From an uncultured Alphaproteobacteria bacterium (GTDB taxonomy: Bacteria > Pseudomonadota > Alphaproteobacteria > Sphingomonadales > Sphingomonadaceae), in contig CAWCRA010000006.1 of NCBI GenBank assembly GCA_963797945.1, forward strand, positions 525,219 through 589,218: a DNA stretch of 64,000 bases. The letters run 5' to 3'. Of the stretch, positions 10,137-20,213 are shown piece after piece. Each line of letters starts with the position of its first letter. Position 1 is the stretch's first letter. The notes under the pieces are model-generated. The model was not told the DNA's origin, ran no database searches, and worked only from the letters and a program-made list of their open reading frames with translations. Made by a program: the position numbers and the translations under genes.

Positions 10137-11102
10137 TTACATCCGCGCGAGGGCTGCACCCCAGGTGAAGCCGCCGCCCATCGCTTCGAACATCACCAGA
10201 TCGCCCGGTTTGATCCGCCCGTCACGCACCGCCACGTCGAGCGCGAGCGGGACGGACGCAGCCGAGGTGTTGGCGTGCTGGTCGACCGTAACGATGACTT
10301 TCTCGGGAGCCAGCCCGAGTTTGCGAGCCGTCGCATCGAGAATACGGGCATTGGCCTGATGCGGCACGATCCAGTCGATATCTTCGACTGCGACCCCTGT
10401 ATCTGAAACAACTTCGCCAAGCACCTCGGCAAGGTTCACGACCGCGTGGCGGAACACTTCGCGCCCCCGCATGCGCAGCTTGCCGACCGTACCGGTGGTA
10501 GAGGGCCCGCCATCGACATAGAGCATGTCCTTATGCTCACCGTCCGCGTGAAGACGGCAGCCGAGGATGCCAGGGCCGTCCTCGGCAACGTCCTGCGCTT
10601 CCAGGACGACGGCACCGGCGCCGTCTCCGAACAGCACACAGGTGGTCCGGTCTTCCCAGTCGAGAATGCGGCTGAATGTCTCGGCGCCGATCACCAGCGC
10701 CTTCGTCGCCATGCCGGTCCGCAGCATCGAATCGGCGGTGGCGAGCGCGTAGAGGAAGCCTGAGCACACGGCCTGGACATCGAAGGCAATCCCGCCTCGG
10801 CATCCTAATGCCTTCTGCACCTGGGTCGCGGTGGCCGGGAACGTATGGTCGGGCGTTGCCGTGGCGAGGATGATCAGGCCGATCTCGCTGGCGTCGATCC
10901 CTGCAGCTTCCAGAGCCTTGCGCGACGCGTCGATCGCCAGGCTGGAAGTGGTTTCGGTATCGTCGGCGATGTAGCGCTGGCGGATGCCGGTCCGCTCGAC
11001 GATCCATTCGTCGCTCGTATCGACTCGGTCTGCCAATTCCGCATTGCTGACCGCCTTGGCGGGAAGAGCCGATCCCGTGCCGCGCAGGACCGAACGGATC
11101 AC
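10137..11102 (-). CDS. fabH: Beta-ketoacyl-ACP synthase III
   Basis: GTG start at 11102; [16 protein letters not shown], catalytic AVCSGF, PHQAN, NTSAAS; appears fused to plsX only through a frameshift. Confidence 0.95.
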   Translation of the reverse strand: MIRSVLRGTGSALPAKAVSNAELADRVDTSDEWIVERTGIRQRYIADDTETTSSLAIDASRKALEAAGIDASEIGLIILATATPDHTFPATATQVQKALGCRGGIAFDVQAVCSGFLYALATADSMLRTGMATKALVIGAETFSRILDWEDRTTCVLFGDGAGAVVLEAQDVAEDGPGILGCRLHADGEHKDMLYVDGGPSTTGTVGKLRMRGREVFRHAVVNLAEVLGEVVSDTGVAVEDIDWIVPHQANARILDATARKLGLAPEKVIVTVDQHANTSAASVPLALDVAVRDGRIKPGDLVMFEAMGGGFTWGAALARM

Positions 11103-12161
11103 TTCGCGCCCGCCTCGCCGTTTGCGGCTTCGCGCAGCGCATCTTCGCCCAAGTTCGCCAAGATCCCTGGCAATGCGGTTGGTGATATCGTCTTCGAGCA
11201 GGCGCGCGGCTACCTCGACGGCGTTGGCGACACCCTTGGCATTCGCGCTGCCGTGGCTTTTCACCACCACGCCGTTGAGGCCGAGGAAGACGGCGCCATT
11301 ATGATTATTCGGGTCGAGGTGGTGGCGCAGCAATTCGGTCGCCGGGCGCGAAACCAGAAAACCCATCTTCGATCGGATCGACGACGAGAATGCCTGGCGC
11401 AGCAGGTCGGTGACGAACCGCGCCGTACCTTCGATGGCCTTCAAGGCGATATTGCCCGAGAAGCCGTCGGTCACGACCACATCGACATTACCGCGATTGA
11501 TCTTGTCGGCCTCGACATAGCCTTCGAATTTCATTTCAAGGCCGGTAGCGGCACGCAGGATTGCCGCTGCGTCCTGCAACTCCTCGGTGCCCTTTGTTTC
11601 CTCGGTGCCAATATTGAGCAGCCGCACGCGCGGCGCGGCGCAGCCGGTCACGATGCGCGAATAGGCTGCACCCATGATCGCGAATTGCACCAGATTGCGG
11701 GCATCGCACTCGCGGTTGGCGCCCAGGTCGAGCATGATGACATCCTGCTCTTCCAGCGTGGGAAGCAGAGCGGCAAGCGCGGGGCGGTCGATGCCGGGCA
11801 TGGTGCGCAGCGCGAGCTTGCTCATCGCCATTAGCGCGCCGGTATTCCCGGCACTGACGGCAGCGCCCGCTTCGCCCGCTTTCACAGCGTTGACGGCAAG
11901 GCCCATGCTCGTAGTCTTGGCGCGGCGCAGGGCTTTGGACGGTTTTTCATCGCCTTCGACGACATCGTCGGCATGGAGGATGTCGGAGGCTTCGGCCATG
12001 CCGGGATGATCTTCGAGCGCACTTTCGATGCGCGCACGGTCGCCCACCAGCAGGAACTTGAACTTGTCATGCCGTCGGCGCGCCATCGACGCGCCGTCGA
12101 TCATAACACGCACGCCTTCATCACCGCCCATCGCGTCAATGGCGATACGCGGCAAATTCAT
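11099..12161 (-). CDS. plsX: Phosphate acyltransferase PlsX (apparent extra base near 11148-11150)
   Basis: [34 protein letters not shown]; removing one base gives ...[20 protein letters not shown] overlapping the fabH GTG (GTGA). Confidence 0.93.
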
Positions 12162-12183
12162 GGCATTCTCCGGCTAATTCGGT

Positions 12184-12363
12184 TCAGAGACCGACGGCTA
12201 CGACTTCGCGGCCGTTATAATAACCGCAATGCGGGCAGAGGTTGTGCGGACGCTTCAATTCGCCGCAATTGTTGCACTCGTGATGAGCCTCAACCTTGAG
12301 CGAATCGTGCGCACGACGGTTGCCGCGGCGGTGGGGCGATACTTTTCTCTTAGGGACAGCCAT
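12184..12363 (-). CDS. rpmF: 50S ribosomal protein L32 (59 aa, absent from the ORF track)
   Basis: Manual translation [59 protein letters not shown]; two CxxC pairs; upstream of plsX. Confidence 0.96.
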   Translation of the reverse strand: MAVPKRKVSPHRRGNRRAHDSLKVEAHHECNNCGELKRPHNLCPHCGYYNGREVVAVGL

Positions 12364-12494
12364 GGTGGCACCTGTACCTTACATATTTCAACAGCTTTGG
12401 TGGTCGCCCTAGGGGAAGGTCCGGTGCCGCACAAGTCCGGGTAAAGGGACAATGCGGATGGCCGAAAGCTCCAACTGGAACGATGAAGCCGCGC

Positions 12495-12522
12495 GCTATA
12501 GCGATATTGCGACGGAAGGCAA
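12495..12522 (-). promoter_or_regulatory. Putative sigma70 promoter of the rpmF-plsX-fabH operon
   Basis: Minus strand TTGCCT-N16-TATAGC, about 130 nt upstream of rpmF. Confidence 0.4.
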
Positions 12523-12605
12523 GCGGTGGATACCCCGCCACACGGGATTGGCGCATAGCCTTGTGGCGCGGTACAGGCACACCCTCAAACAGAGGGATCA
12601 CCGTC

Positions 12606-12998
12606 ATGTTTCTGCCAATTACGCTGACTTCGGCCGCCGCTGCCGCAATCCTGACTTTGTGGCTCAGCATACGGATCGGACAATTGCGCCAATCAGGCAA
12701 AGTCCTGCATGGCGACGATGGCGGAGGCCCCTTGACCCGCCGGATGCGCGCCCAGCTCAATTTCGTCGAGAACACGCCGTTTGTGCTGATCCTGATTGCA
12801 GCGATTGAACTGAGCGGCAGGGGTGGCACCTGGCTGGCGGTAGTGGCCGGTGTTTACATGCTGGCACGCGTCGCACACGGGCTGGGAATGGATTCCGAAG
12901 GGCCGCACAAGCTGCGAATGATCGGGACGCTTGTGACGATGCTGACGCTACTCGGGCTCGCCATTGCGGCCACGCTCGTTGCGGCCGGGATCATCTGA
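12606..12998 (+). CDS. MAPEG-family membrane protein
   Basis: RMRAQLNFVENTP, ARVAHGLG; four hydrophobic helices. Confidence 0.88.
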   Translation: MFLPITLTSAAAAAILTLWLSIRIGQLRQSGKVLHGDDGGGPLTRRMRAQLNFVENTPFVLILIAAIELSGRGGTWLAVVAGVYMLARVAHGLGMDSEGPHKLRMIGTLVTMLTLLGLAIAATLVAAGII

Positions 12999-13009
12999 CC
13001 CTCCAGTGA

Positions 13010-13684
13010 TCAGGACAGCGCGTAGTCGCTCACGAAAGCATTGGTCTTGCGTTCCTGACCAAAGGTGCTCGTCGGGCCGTGACCGGGAATAAAGGTCACG
13101 TCATTGCCCAGCGGCCATAGCTTCTGCGTAATCGCGTCGAGCAGGTCCTGATGGTTGCCCATGGGGAAGTCGGTGCGCCCGATGCTCCCCTGAAAGAGCA
13201 CATCGCCGACGACCGCGAACTTGCTTGGCCGGTGGAAGAAAACGACATGGCCCGGCGTGTGGCCGGGGCAATGGATGACTTCGAGCTCGAGTTCACCTAC
13301 AGTCACCGTGTCTCCATCGCTAAGCCAGCGGTCGGGTTCGAACACCTGGCCATTGATGCCGTACTTCTTGCCGTCCTCGTCTAGGCGCGAAATCCAGAAC
13401 CTGTCCGCTTCATGCGGGCCTTCGATCTTCAGTCCCAATTCTTTCGCCAGCACGCCTGCTTCGCCGCAATGATCGATGTGCCCATGCGTGATGAGGATCT
13501 TCTCCAACTCGACGCCGCTATTCGCCACTGCCGCTTTCAGCTTGTCCAGATCGCCGCCCGGATCGATCAGAGCGCCCTTGTTCGTTTTCGTGCACCAGAT
13601 CAGCGAGCAATTCTGCTGAAGCGGCGTCACCGGGACGATCCCTGCTTTCATGGGAGGCGATATGGCGGCGGTCTGGTCGGTCAT
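13010..13684 (-). CDS. MBL-fold metallo-hydrolase (glyoxalase II/YcbL-like)
   Basis: THGHIDH, PGHTPGH, GDVLFQGSIGRTDFP, PGHGP. Confidence 0.93.
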   Translation of the reverse strand: MTDQTAAISPPMKAGIVPVTPLQQNCSLIWCTKTNKGALIDPGGDLDKLKAAVANSGVELEKILITHGHIDHCGEAGVLAKELGLKIEGPHEADRFWISRLDEDGKKYGINGQVFEPDRWLSDGDTVTVGELELEVIHCPGHTPGHVVFFHRPSKFAVVGDVLFQGSIGRTDFPMGNHQDLLDAITQKLWPLGNDVTFIPGHGPTSTFGQERKTNAFVSDYALS

Positions 13685-13773
13685 GGTCGATAATCTGGGC
13701 GGTCATTTGATTCAAAACAAGGCGCCAGCTGCACTTGTGTGGTAAATGCAGCCCCCAATGGAGGAGGACGTCG

Positions 13774-14163
13774 ATGCGCATTTTCCCGTTCCCAATAACC
13801 GCCGCCGCAATTCTGTCTGCCTGTCAGCCGGTTGAGATAGCCCCGCAAACCTCTGCGGCTGCTCAGCCTTCGTCGGAAATGGCTTCCAGGGACAATGACG
13901 GTGTGCCGCTTCTGGTCAACGCAACCTGCCGCAGCTGCCACGCTGTCACCATGGACGCGCTGTCAACCCTCCCGCAGGCGCCCGGCTTCGCCGATATAGC
14001 CAACACACCGGACCTGACCCGCGAAACGCTCATCGCTTTCTTGAGTAATGCGCATAATTATCCCGATCAGATGGACGTCGATCTGGACGATGACGACATA
14101 GTCTTGATCGCCGAGTACATGCTGACGCTGCAATCGGAGGGGTATTCGCAGCCGCCCTCGTGA
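13774..14163 (+). CDS. Monoheme cytochrome c lipoprotein
   Basis: GGAGGA RBS; lipobox LSAC; CRSCH heme motif; distal Met (HNYPDQM). Confidence 0.8.
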   Translation: MRIFPFPITAAAILSACQPVEIAPQTSAAAQPSSEMASRDNDGVPLLVNATCRSCHAVTMDALSTLPQAPGFADIANTPDLTRETLIAFLSNAHNYPDQMDVDLDDDDIVLIAEYMLTLQSEGYSQPPS

Positions 14164-14172
14164 AACGAGCAG

Positions 14173-14820
14173 CTACACTCGCCCACCCTTCCAGACCACG
14201 CGGCCGATAATCTCGACCTCTTCGCGGTCCAGTTCAATGGCAGGATAGGTTTCATTGGCGCTGACCAGCTTGATGCGGCCGGGAGAGCTGGCCTGCACCT
14301 GCTTTACGTGCAGCGCGTCGCCGATGCGCACGACATGAATGCCCTCGCCGCTGCGCTTGTTACGATCCACGAAAATCTCGTCGCCGGACCGCAATAGCGT
14401 TTCCATGCTGTCTCCTTCGACCCGGATCGCCGTGAGGTCGGCGCCCTCCAGCCCCATTTCGCGGAGCCAACGGCGAGAGAACCGGTATGCGTCGAAGGAA
14501 ATTTCCTCGGCACTATAGGATCCCGGCCCGGCCGATGCATCCAGCGGGAGCCGCGGAACGGTTACGAATTCGTCCGATCGATTCGCCGACCGGTGATTTT
14601 CGATACCGCCCAGCTCGTTTTCGGCCACGCCGAAGAACTCTGCGAGGCGGCGGCGGTCGCCCTCCTCCAGCTTACGCGGACTGCCCTTGCGGACATATTG
14701 CTGCAAGTAGCTGGAATTGCGCCCGATCATCGCGGATAGCGATGCGAGGCTGGTGCGGTTTTCCTGCGCCAATTCTACGAGACGCGCGCGCTCCGGCGTC
14801 ATCTCCTCGCCGTCTTTCAT
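14173..14820 (-). CDS. S24-family (LexA/CI-like) autocleaving repressor
   Basis: AGGAG RBS; HTH (LASLSAMIGRNSSYLQQY), Ala-Gly site ASAGPG, Ser in VEGDSME, Lys in HVKQV, IIGRVVW end. Confidence 0.9.
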   Translation of the reverse strand: MKDGEEMTPERARLVELAQENRTSLASLSAMIGRNSSYLQQYVRKGSPRKLEEGDRRRLAEFFGVAENELGGIENHRSANRSDEFVTVPRLPLDASAGPGSYSAEEISFDAYRFSRRWLREMGLEGADLTAIRVEGDSMETLLRSGDEIFVDRNKRSGEGIHVVRIGDALHVKQVQASSPGRIKLVSANETYPAIELDREEVEIIGRVVWKGGRV

Positions 14821-14890
14821 ATCAGTCTCCTGCGGGATTACGACCCCAGTTTGTCCTGCATTGGCACACTTGAGCAAGCGTGCGCAAGAA

Positions 14891-14930
14891 AAATCCTACG
14901 GTATAGGATTTATCCTAGACATGTAGGATT
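14891..14930. promoter_or_regulatory. Tandem palindromic operators (ATCCTA/TAGGAT half-sites)
   Basis: AAATCCTA-N5-TAGGATTT (14891-14911) and ATCCTA-N6-TAGGAT (14912-14929) between the divergent repressor and Cro-like genes. Confidence 0.75.
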
Positions 14931-14937
14931 TAGATTG

Positions 14938-14952
14938 GAACAAAGATGGAAC
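14938..14952 (+). promoter_or_regulatory. Alphaproteobacterial LexA (SOS) box
   Basis: GAAC-AAAGATG-GAAC, an exact GAAC-N7-GAAC, upstream of the Cro-like gene. Confidence 0.7.
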
Positions 14953-14999
14953 AGCGACTCGAGTCGCCGAACCGCCAGCAGCCTTTTGGGAGCCGTCGC

Positions 15000-15212
15000 A
15001 TGCTGATCCGTTCCGTTGAACAATTCCTCCGAAAACATGAAATGGCGGCGACCAAATTCGGTCGCCTTGCCGCGCATGATCCCCGTTTCGTTCTCGATCT
15101 GAGAATGGGCCGGGAACCGCGCGAAATGACCGCCGCGCGCATTCGCTCGTTCATGGATGGCTTCGATGCCGCCCGTGAACTCACTTTCCGGGAGACTGCG
15201 CATGTCGGTTGA
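15000..15212 (+). CDS. Cro-like small HTH protein (70 aa)
   Basis: GGGAG RBS; MLIRSVEQFLRKHEMAATKFGRLAAHDPRFVLDLRMGREPR; divergent from the S24 repressor. Confidence 0.8.
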   Translation: MLIRSVEQFLRKHEMAATKFGRLAAHDPRFVLDLRMGREPREMTAARIRSFMDGFDAARELTFRETAHVG

Positions 15213-15555
15213 AGGCACACCGCCCCGCCCGCCCCGCACCCGGCGCACATCCGGCGATCGTTTGCGCGAAGCCCTCGCGAATTTGAGCGAACACCGCGGA
15301 CAGATTCTCACCCATAGCGAGAAAGCCTGGGCCAGCATCACCTTTGCGGGCACGCGCCATTCGTTGGCGATCCTCTTCGCCGGTCATGAAGCGGTAGAGG
15401 CCGGCGAGCGCTTTGTAGCGTACCTGCCCGATCACGAATTCACCATCCCAGGCCATCTGGTCGCGGATGCCGCTGTGACCGAAGTCGAACACCGCATAAT
15501 GCCCAATCCGCGACTCGTCGTACAATGCGAGCTGTTGCTGCTGGAGGATGCCTGA
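15202..15555 (+). CDS. Hypothetical protein (117 aa)
   Basis: Overlaps the end of the Cro-like gene; WASITFAGTRH and LPDHEFTIPGHLVAD segments; host-like codon usage. Confidence 0.7.
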   Translation: MSVEGTPPRPPRTRRTSGDRLREALANLSEHRGQILTHSEKAWASITFAGTRHSLAILFAGHEAVEAGERFVAYLPDHEFTIPGHLVADAAVTEVEHRIMPNPRLVVQCELLLLEDA

Positions 15556-15558
15556 GTG

Positions 15559-16999
15559 TCAGTCCCGGCGAATGACCAGATTACGGATTTCGCTCATGTC
15601 TTCCATGGCAAAACGGATGCCTTCACGGCCCAGGCCGGAATCCTTCACGCCGCCATAGGGCATGTTGTCCACTCGGTAGCTGGAGACATCGTTGATAACC
15701 ACGCCGCCGACATCGAGCATATCCCACGCGTCGAGCACCTGATGGATATCGCGCGTGAAGATGCCCGCCTGCAGTCCGAACTTGGAATTGTTGACCTGCT
15801 CCAGCGCTTCGTTGAAGTCGCTGAAGCTGCTGAGATTGGCGAGCGGGCCGAAAGCCTCTTCCCGGTTTGCGTCCGCTTTGCACGGCACGCCTTCGAGCAA
15901 GGTCGCCTCCAGCATGTTGCCATTCGAGAGACCGCCACCGCAAAGCAGGGTCGCGCCATCCGCAACCGCGTCGTCGATCCAACCCTTCAAGCGTCCAGCC
16001 TCCTTGTCGGAGATCATCGGGCCGATGAACGTGTCGCGTTCCTTGGGATCACCTGACACCAGCGTTTTGGTCTTCGCGACCAGCATGCCCTTGAAGTTGT
16101 CGTAGATGTCATCGTGGATGATGATCCGCTGCACGCCGATGCAGCTTTGGCCCGACTGGTAGAAAGCGCCGAAGATGATCCGTTCGAGCGCGTGATCGAG
16201 GTCGGCATCCTTGTCGACGATCACCGCGGCATTGCCGCCGAGTTCGAGGATGACCTTCTTCTTGCCAGCCTTGGCCTTCAGATCCCAGCCCACGCCGGGC
16301 GATCCGGTAAAGCTAAGCAGTTTCAGCCGCTCGTCCTCGGTGAAAAGGTCGGCGCCATCGCGGCTGGCGGGAAGGATGGAGAATGCACCTTCGGGCAGGA
16401 TGTCGCACTCGGCCAGTACCTCGCCCATGATGATCGCGCCGAGCGGTGTTTTGCTGGCCGGTTTCATCACGAAAGGGCAGCCGATCGCGATGGCCGGGGC
16501 AATCTTGTGCGCGGCCAGGTTGAGCGGGAAATTGAACGGCGAGATAAAGCTGCACGGCCCGATCGGCACGCGCTTCCACATGCCCATATAGCCCTTGGCC
16601 CGGGCGGAAATATCCAGCGGCTGGACTTCGCCGTAATTGCGAACGGCTTCTTCGGCAGCGATCTGGAAGGTGTCGATCAGCCGGGTGACTTCGCCCTCGG
16701 CGTCCTTGATCGGCTTGCCCGCCTCGACACACAGCGAATAGGCGAGCTCGTCATACCGTTCGCGGAAGCGCTTGACACAGTGCTGCAGCACGTCCTGCCG
16801 CTCGTAACTGGCGAGTTTGCGCCATCGGCTCGGTCGCGCGGACGGCGCCCGCAATCGCCTCGTCGATCACATCGGGCGTCGCCAGCGCGGTGCGGAACGC
16901 GACCTCGCCGGTGAATTTATCCGTCACCTCGAGATCGGTATTGGGCTGCGCCGCCTTATTGTTGAGGTAGAGCGGATATGTATCTTTGAGTTTGGGCAT
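15559..16999 (-). CDS. Aldehyde dehydrogenase (frameshift near 16820)
   Basis: ISPFNFPLNL, FTGS, LELGGNAA, GQSCIG, EEAFGP, PYGGVKDSGLGREG; N-terminus MPKLKDTYPLY in another frame. Confidence 0.9.
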
Positions 17000-17022
17000 T
17001 TTTTATCTCATTCGTGAGAGCG

Positions 17023-18700
17023 TCAGAGCTTCTTCGACAGTTCCTTTATGTCGATGTTCAGGATCTGGTCGTTCTCCGTATAATCGACCGGACAATCGAT
17101 CAGATGCACGCCGTCGCGTGTCGCGGCAATGCGCCAGCACTTCGGTCAGGTGCGTCGCTGCTTTCGACCCGGTGGCCATGCGCGCCATAACGCTTCGGCG
17201 ATATTTGACGAAATCGGGATTGCCATAGGTCAGGCCCCAATCTTCAAAGCCCATATTCGCCTGTTTCCAGCGGATCATGCCGTAGGCAGTCGTCGCGCAG
17301 GATCAGGACGGTCAGGTTGAGGCCGAGCCGGACCGCGGTCTCCATTTCCTGGCTGTTCATCATGAAGCCGCCATCGCCGCAGATCGCCATCACCTTGCGC
17401 TCGGGATAAAGCATCGCGCTCATCATCGCGCGACGGCAGGCCCGCGCCCATGGTCGCGAGCGCATTGTCGAGCAGGACGGTGTTCGGCAGATAGGCCGTG
17501 ATACCCGCGCGCGAACCAGATTTTGTAGACCCCGTTATCGAGGCAGATGATCGCCGTCCTCGGGCATGGCGTCGCGCATCTGCTGCGACCAGGTGCGGCG
17601 GGAAGATCGGGAAGCGAGTCATCCTTGCGCGAGCGGTTTGCGTGTGCTCCAGCTCCGCCTTGTGATATTCCAGCATGTGATCGCAATTTCCAGCGGCCCT
17701 GCTCGACGATGTCTTCCTTGATCTGCCAGATCGCGTTGGCGATGTCGCCGATCACTTCGATCTGCGGAAAGTAGACCGGATCGACCTCTGCCGTCCGGGT
17801 GAGACATGGATTACGGTGACGCCGTTCGCTCTTCATGAAGAACGGCGGTTTTTCGATCACGTCATGGCCGACATTGATGATGCAGTCGGCATCCTCAATC
17901 GCGCGGTGGCAGAAATCGCCGGCGGAGAGCGCCGCGCAGCCGAGGAACAGCGGGTGCCGTTCGTCGATCACGCCCTTGCCCATCTGGGTGGTAACGAAGG
18001 GAATTCCGGTCTTCTCGATGAACTGGTTGAGCATGCGCCCGGTCATCTTGCGGTTGGCGCCTGCACCGATCACCAGGATCGGCGTCTTGGCCTTCTCGAT
18101 GCGCCTGCACAGCCTGGCGAACCGCCTTCGGTTCGGCCGAGGGGCGGCGTGCAACGGATGCCGGGATCGGATCGCCGCTGCATTTCTTCCTCCGCGATAT
18201 CTTCGGGAAATTCCAGATGCACTGCGCCGGGCTTTTCTTCCTCGGCCAGGCGATACGCCTCGCGCACGCGGCTGGGGATGTTGTCGCCCGCGGCAAGCTG
18301 GTGCGTATATTTGGTGATCGGCCCCATCATCTGAACCACGTCGAGAATCTGGAAGCGGCCCTGCTTCGACTTCTTGATCGGCTTCTGGCCGGTGATCATC
18401 ATCATCGGCATGCCGCCAAGCTGAGCATAGGCCGCGGCGGTCACGAAATTGGTCGCGCCCGGGCCGAGCGTCGCGATGCACACGCCGGTCTTGCCGGTGT
18501 GGCGGCCATAGGTGGCGGCCATGAAACCTGCACCCTGTTCGTGGCGCGTCAGGATCAACTTGATGGAATCGGACCGTGACTGAGACTATCGAGGAAGTCG
18601 AGATTCTCCTCCCCCGGAACGCCGAATATGTATTCGCACGCCCTCTGCCTCGAGGCATTCGATGAACAGATCGGACGCCTTTGGTCTTGGTGTCCGCCAT
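17023..18700 (-). CDS. Acetolactate synthase large subunit-like ThDP enzyme (multiple frameshifts)
   Basis: Fragments TRHEQGAGFMAATYGR, ATLGPGATN, LDNALATMGAGLP, GDGGFMMNSQEMETA, YGNPDFVKY spread over several frames. Confidence 0.85.
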
Positions 18701-18810
18701 ACTCATTTCCCCCTAGCGCATGCGCGGCCATGCCAGCGCGTGTGTCGTCTTATTCGCGACCCGGTCATTCCGCTTTAGTGGCGACGGGGTATCAAACCCG
18801 TGGACGGGAG

Positions 18811-19755
18811 TCAGTACCCGATTGATTCGGGTCTAGCCAGGCGGCATCGAACGCTCTCGCGCTTTCTGCCATCGTTCGAGATTTTCGATAAATCGGTCGG
18901 CAGAGCGGATGAACATCTTGTCTGGGCGCGGCCCGGACAGATGCATCGTGACCTGCGCGTTTTCGAGCGACCATAGCGGGTGATCTTCGGGCAGGGGCTC
19001 CGGATCGGTCACATCGAGCAGCGCGCCATCAATCGACTTGTCCCGCAACGCTGCGACCAAAGCATCCTGATCAACGACGTCGCCGCGCGCGATGTTCACC
19101 AGGACTGCGCTGTCCTTCATTGCCGCCAACTCGTCCGCACCGATCATGCCTTCGGGTTTCGGCGGTCGATGGCACCGCAAGCACGATCCAGTCGAACTCG
19201 CCCAGTTTTCCGCGCCATTCATCCGGCCGAAGCGCGCCATCCGCGCCTGAGCGGCGCACCGGGACGACGTCCATATCGAAGGCTTCCAGCCGCGTTTTGA
19301 CCAGCGATCCAATCGCCCCGTAGCCGAGCAGCAGCACGCGCTCGCCGGCAAGCTCGCGCTTGCCCGGACTGTCGAGCAGCCATTCGGCGATCCTGCGCGC
19401 GCACGACATCGCGGTAACCCTTGGCGTGCGTCAGCATCAGCATGACGACATATTCGGCGATGGTGATTGCATTGATGCCCACGCCATTCGTCACCACGAC
19501 GCCGCGCTGCTGCAATATGTCGAGCGGCAGGAAATCGAGGCCCGCATAGATCGAGTTCAGCCATTTGAGGCGCGTCGCCGCATGCGCGATCTCGATCATC
19601 GGCTCTTTTTCGTTCAGGTCGAACCAGCCGATCTCGGCATCCGGCGCCATCTCCAGCGCCTCGTCCTTGGTCATGAACCAGTGAGGCTCGACCCAATCGG
19701 GAAGGCGCGGTTCGACTAACGGGCGGATGAGTGCAGAGAGAACGGCTTTGGTCAT
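18811..19755 (-). CDS. D-2-hydroxyacid dehydrogenase family (frameshifted)
   Basis: AGLDFLP, IAEYVV, Rossmann LLGYGAIG, LVNIARGDVVD, LDVTDPEPLP, TMHLSG across three frames; ends GY* at 18811. Confidence 0.85.
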
Positions 19756-20213
19756 GGGCGGCTCCGGTATGTGTCGAGCATGGGCGGGCGGTGCAAGCAT
19801 TCGGCGAAATCGAATGGACGCGTCGTAAGTGGCGGAATGGCCACCGCATCGCGGTGGCGCGGATTAAGCATCACGATATCGCCTTCCGGCAATACACGAG
19901 ACCGGACGGCAGCGAGCAAAGACCGTTCGCTTTCGAGCCAATCGTCGACCCAGGCGCGTATCGATGTCTCATCGCCAGCGTCGGGGATGCGCTCCGGCAT
20001 TGCCTCGATCTCGGTCCAGCCCAGGACGAAGTCTGTCGGCCAGTCCTTTCGCTGTGGCGCGAGGTATCGCTGCGCCACCAATACGGCCAGTCCGGCCTCC
20101 GACGCGAAGTTTACAACCGGCAGGCCCGGCGATGAATACCTCGCTCCATGCTGCTGCGGCCCTGCCCCGTCGAGCGCCGTGTAGGCAGCCCGGACAAGCC
20201 GCCACAGCCGCAT
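19752..20213 (-). CDS. RES-domain protein
   Basis: MRLWRL...DGAG...GARYSSPGLPVVNFASE...VRSRVLPEGDIVMLNPRH matches RES architecture; TGATG overlap with cysS. Confidence 0.78.
   Translation of the reverse strand: MRLWRLVRAAYTALDGAGPQQHGARYSSPGLPVVNFASEAGLAVLVAQRYLAPQRKDWPTDFVLGWTEIEAMPERIPDAGDETSIRAWVDDWLESERSLLAAVRSRVLPEGDIVMLNPRHRDAVAIPPLTTRPFDFAECLHRPPMLDTYRSRP

Noticed and set aside
10137-12161. Apparent 674-aa PlsX-FabH fusion protein
   Set aside because: Removing one base near 11149 restores a normal PlsX end with a GTGA stop/start overlap; the junction peptide ([15 protein letters not shown]) is out-of-frame sequence, consistent with an indel error
14173-15555. Prophage
   Set aside because: No integrase, terminase, structural or lysis genes and no att-like boundaries; reported instead as an orphan switch
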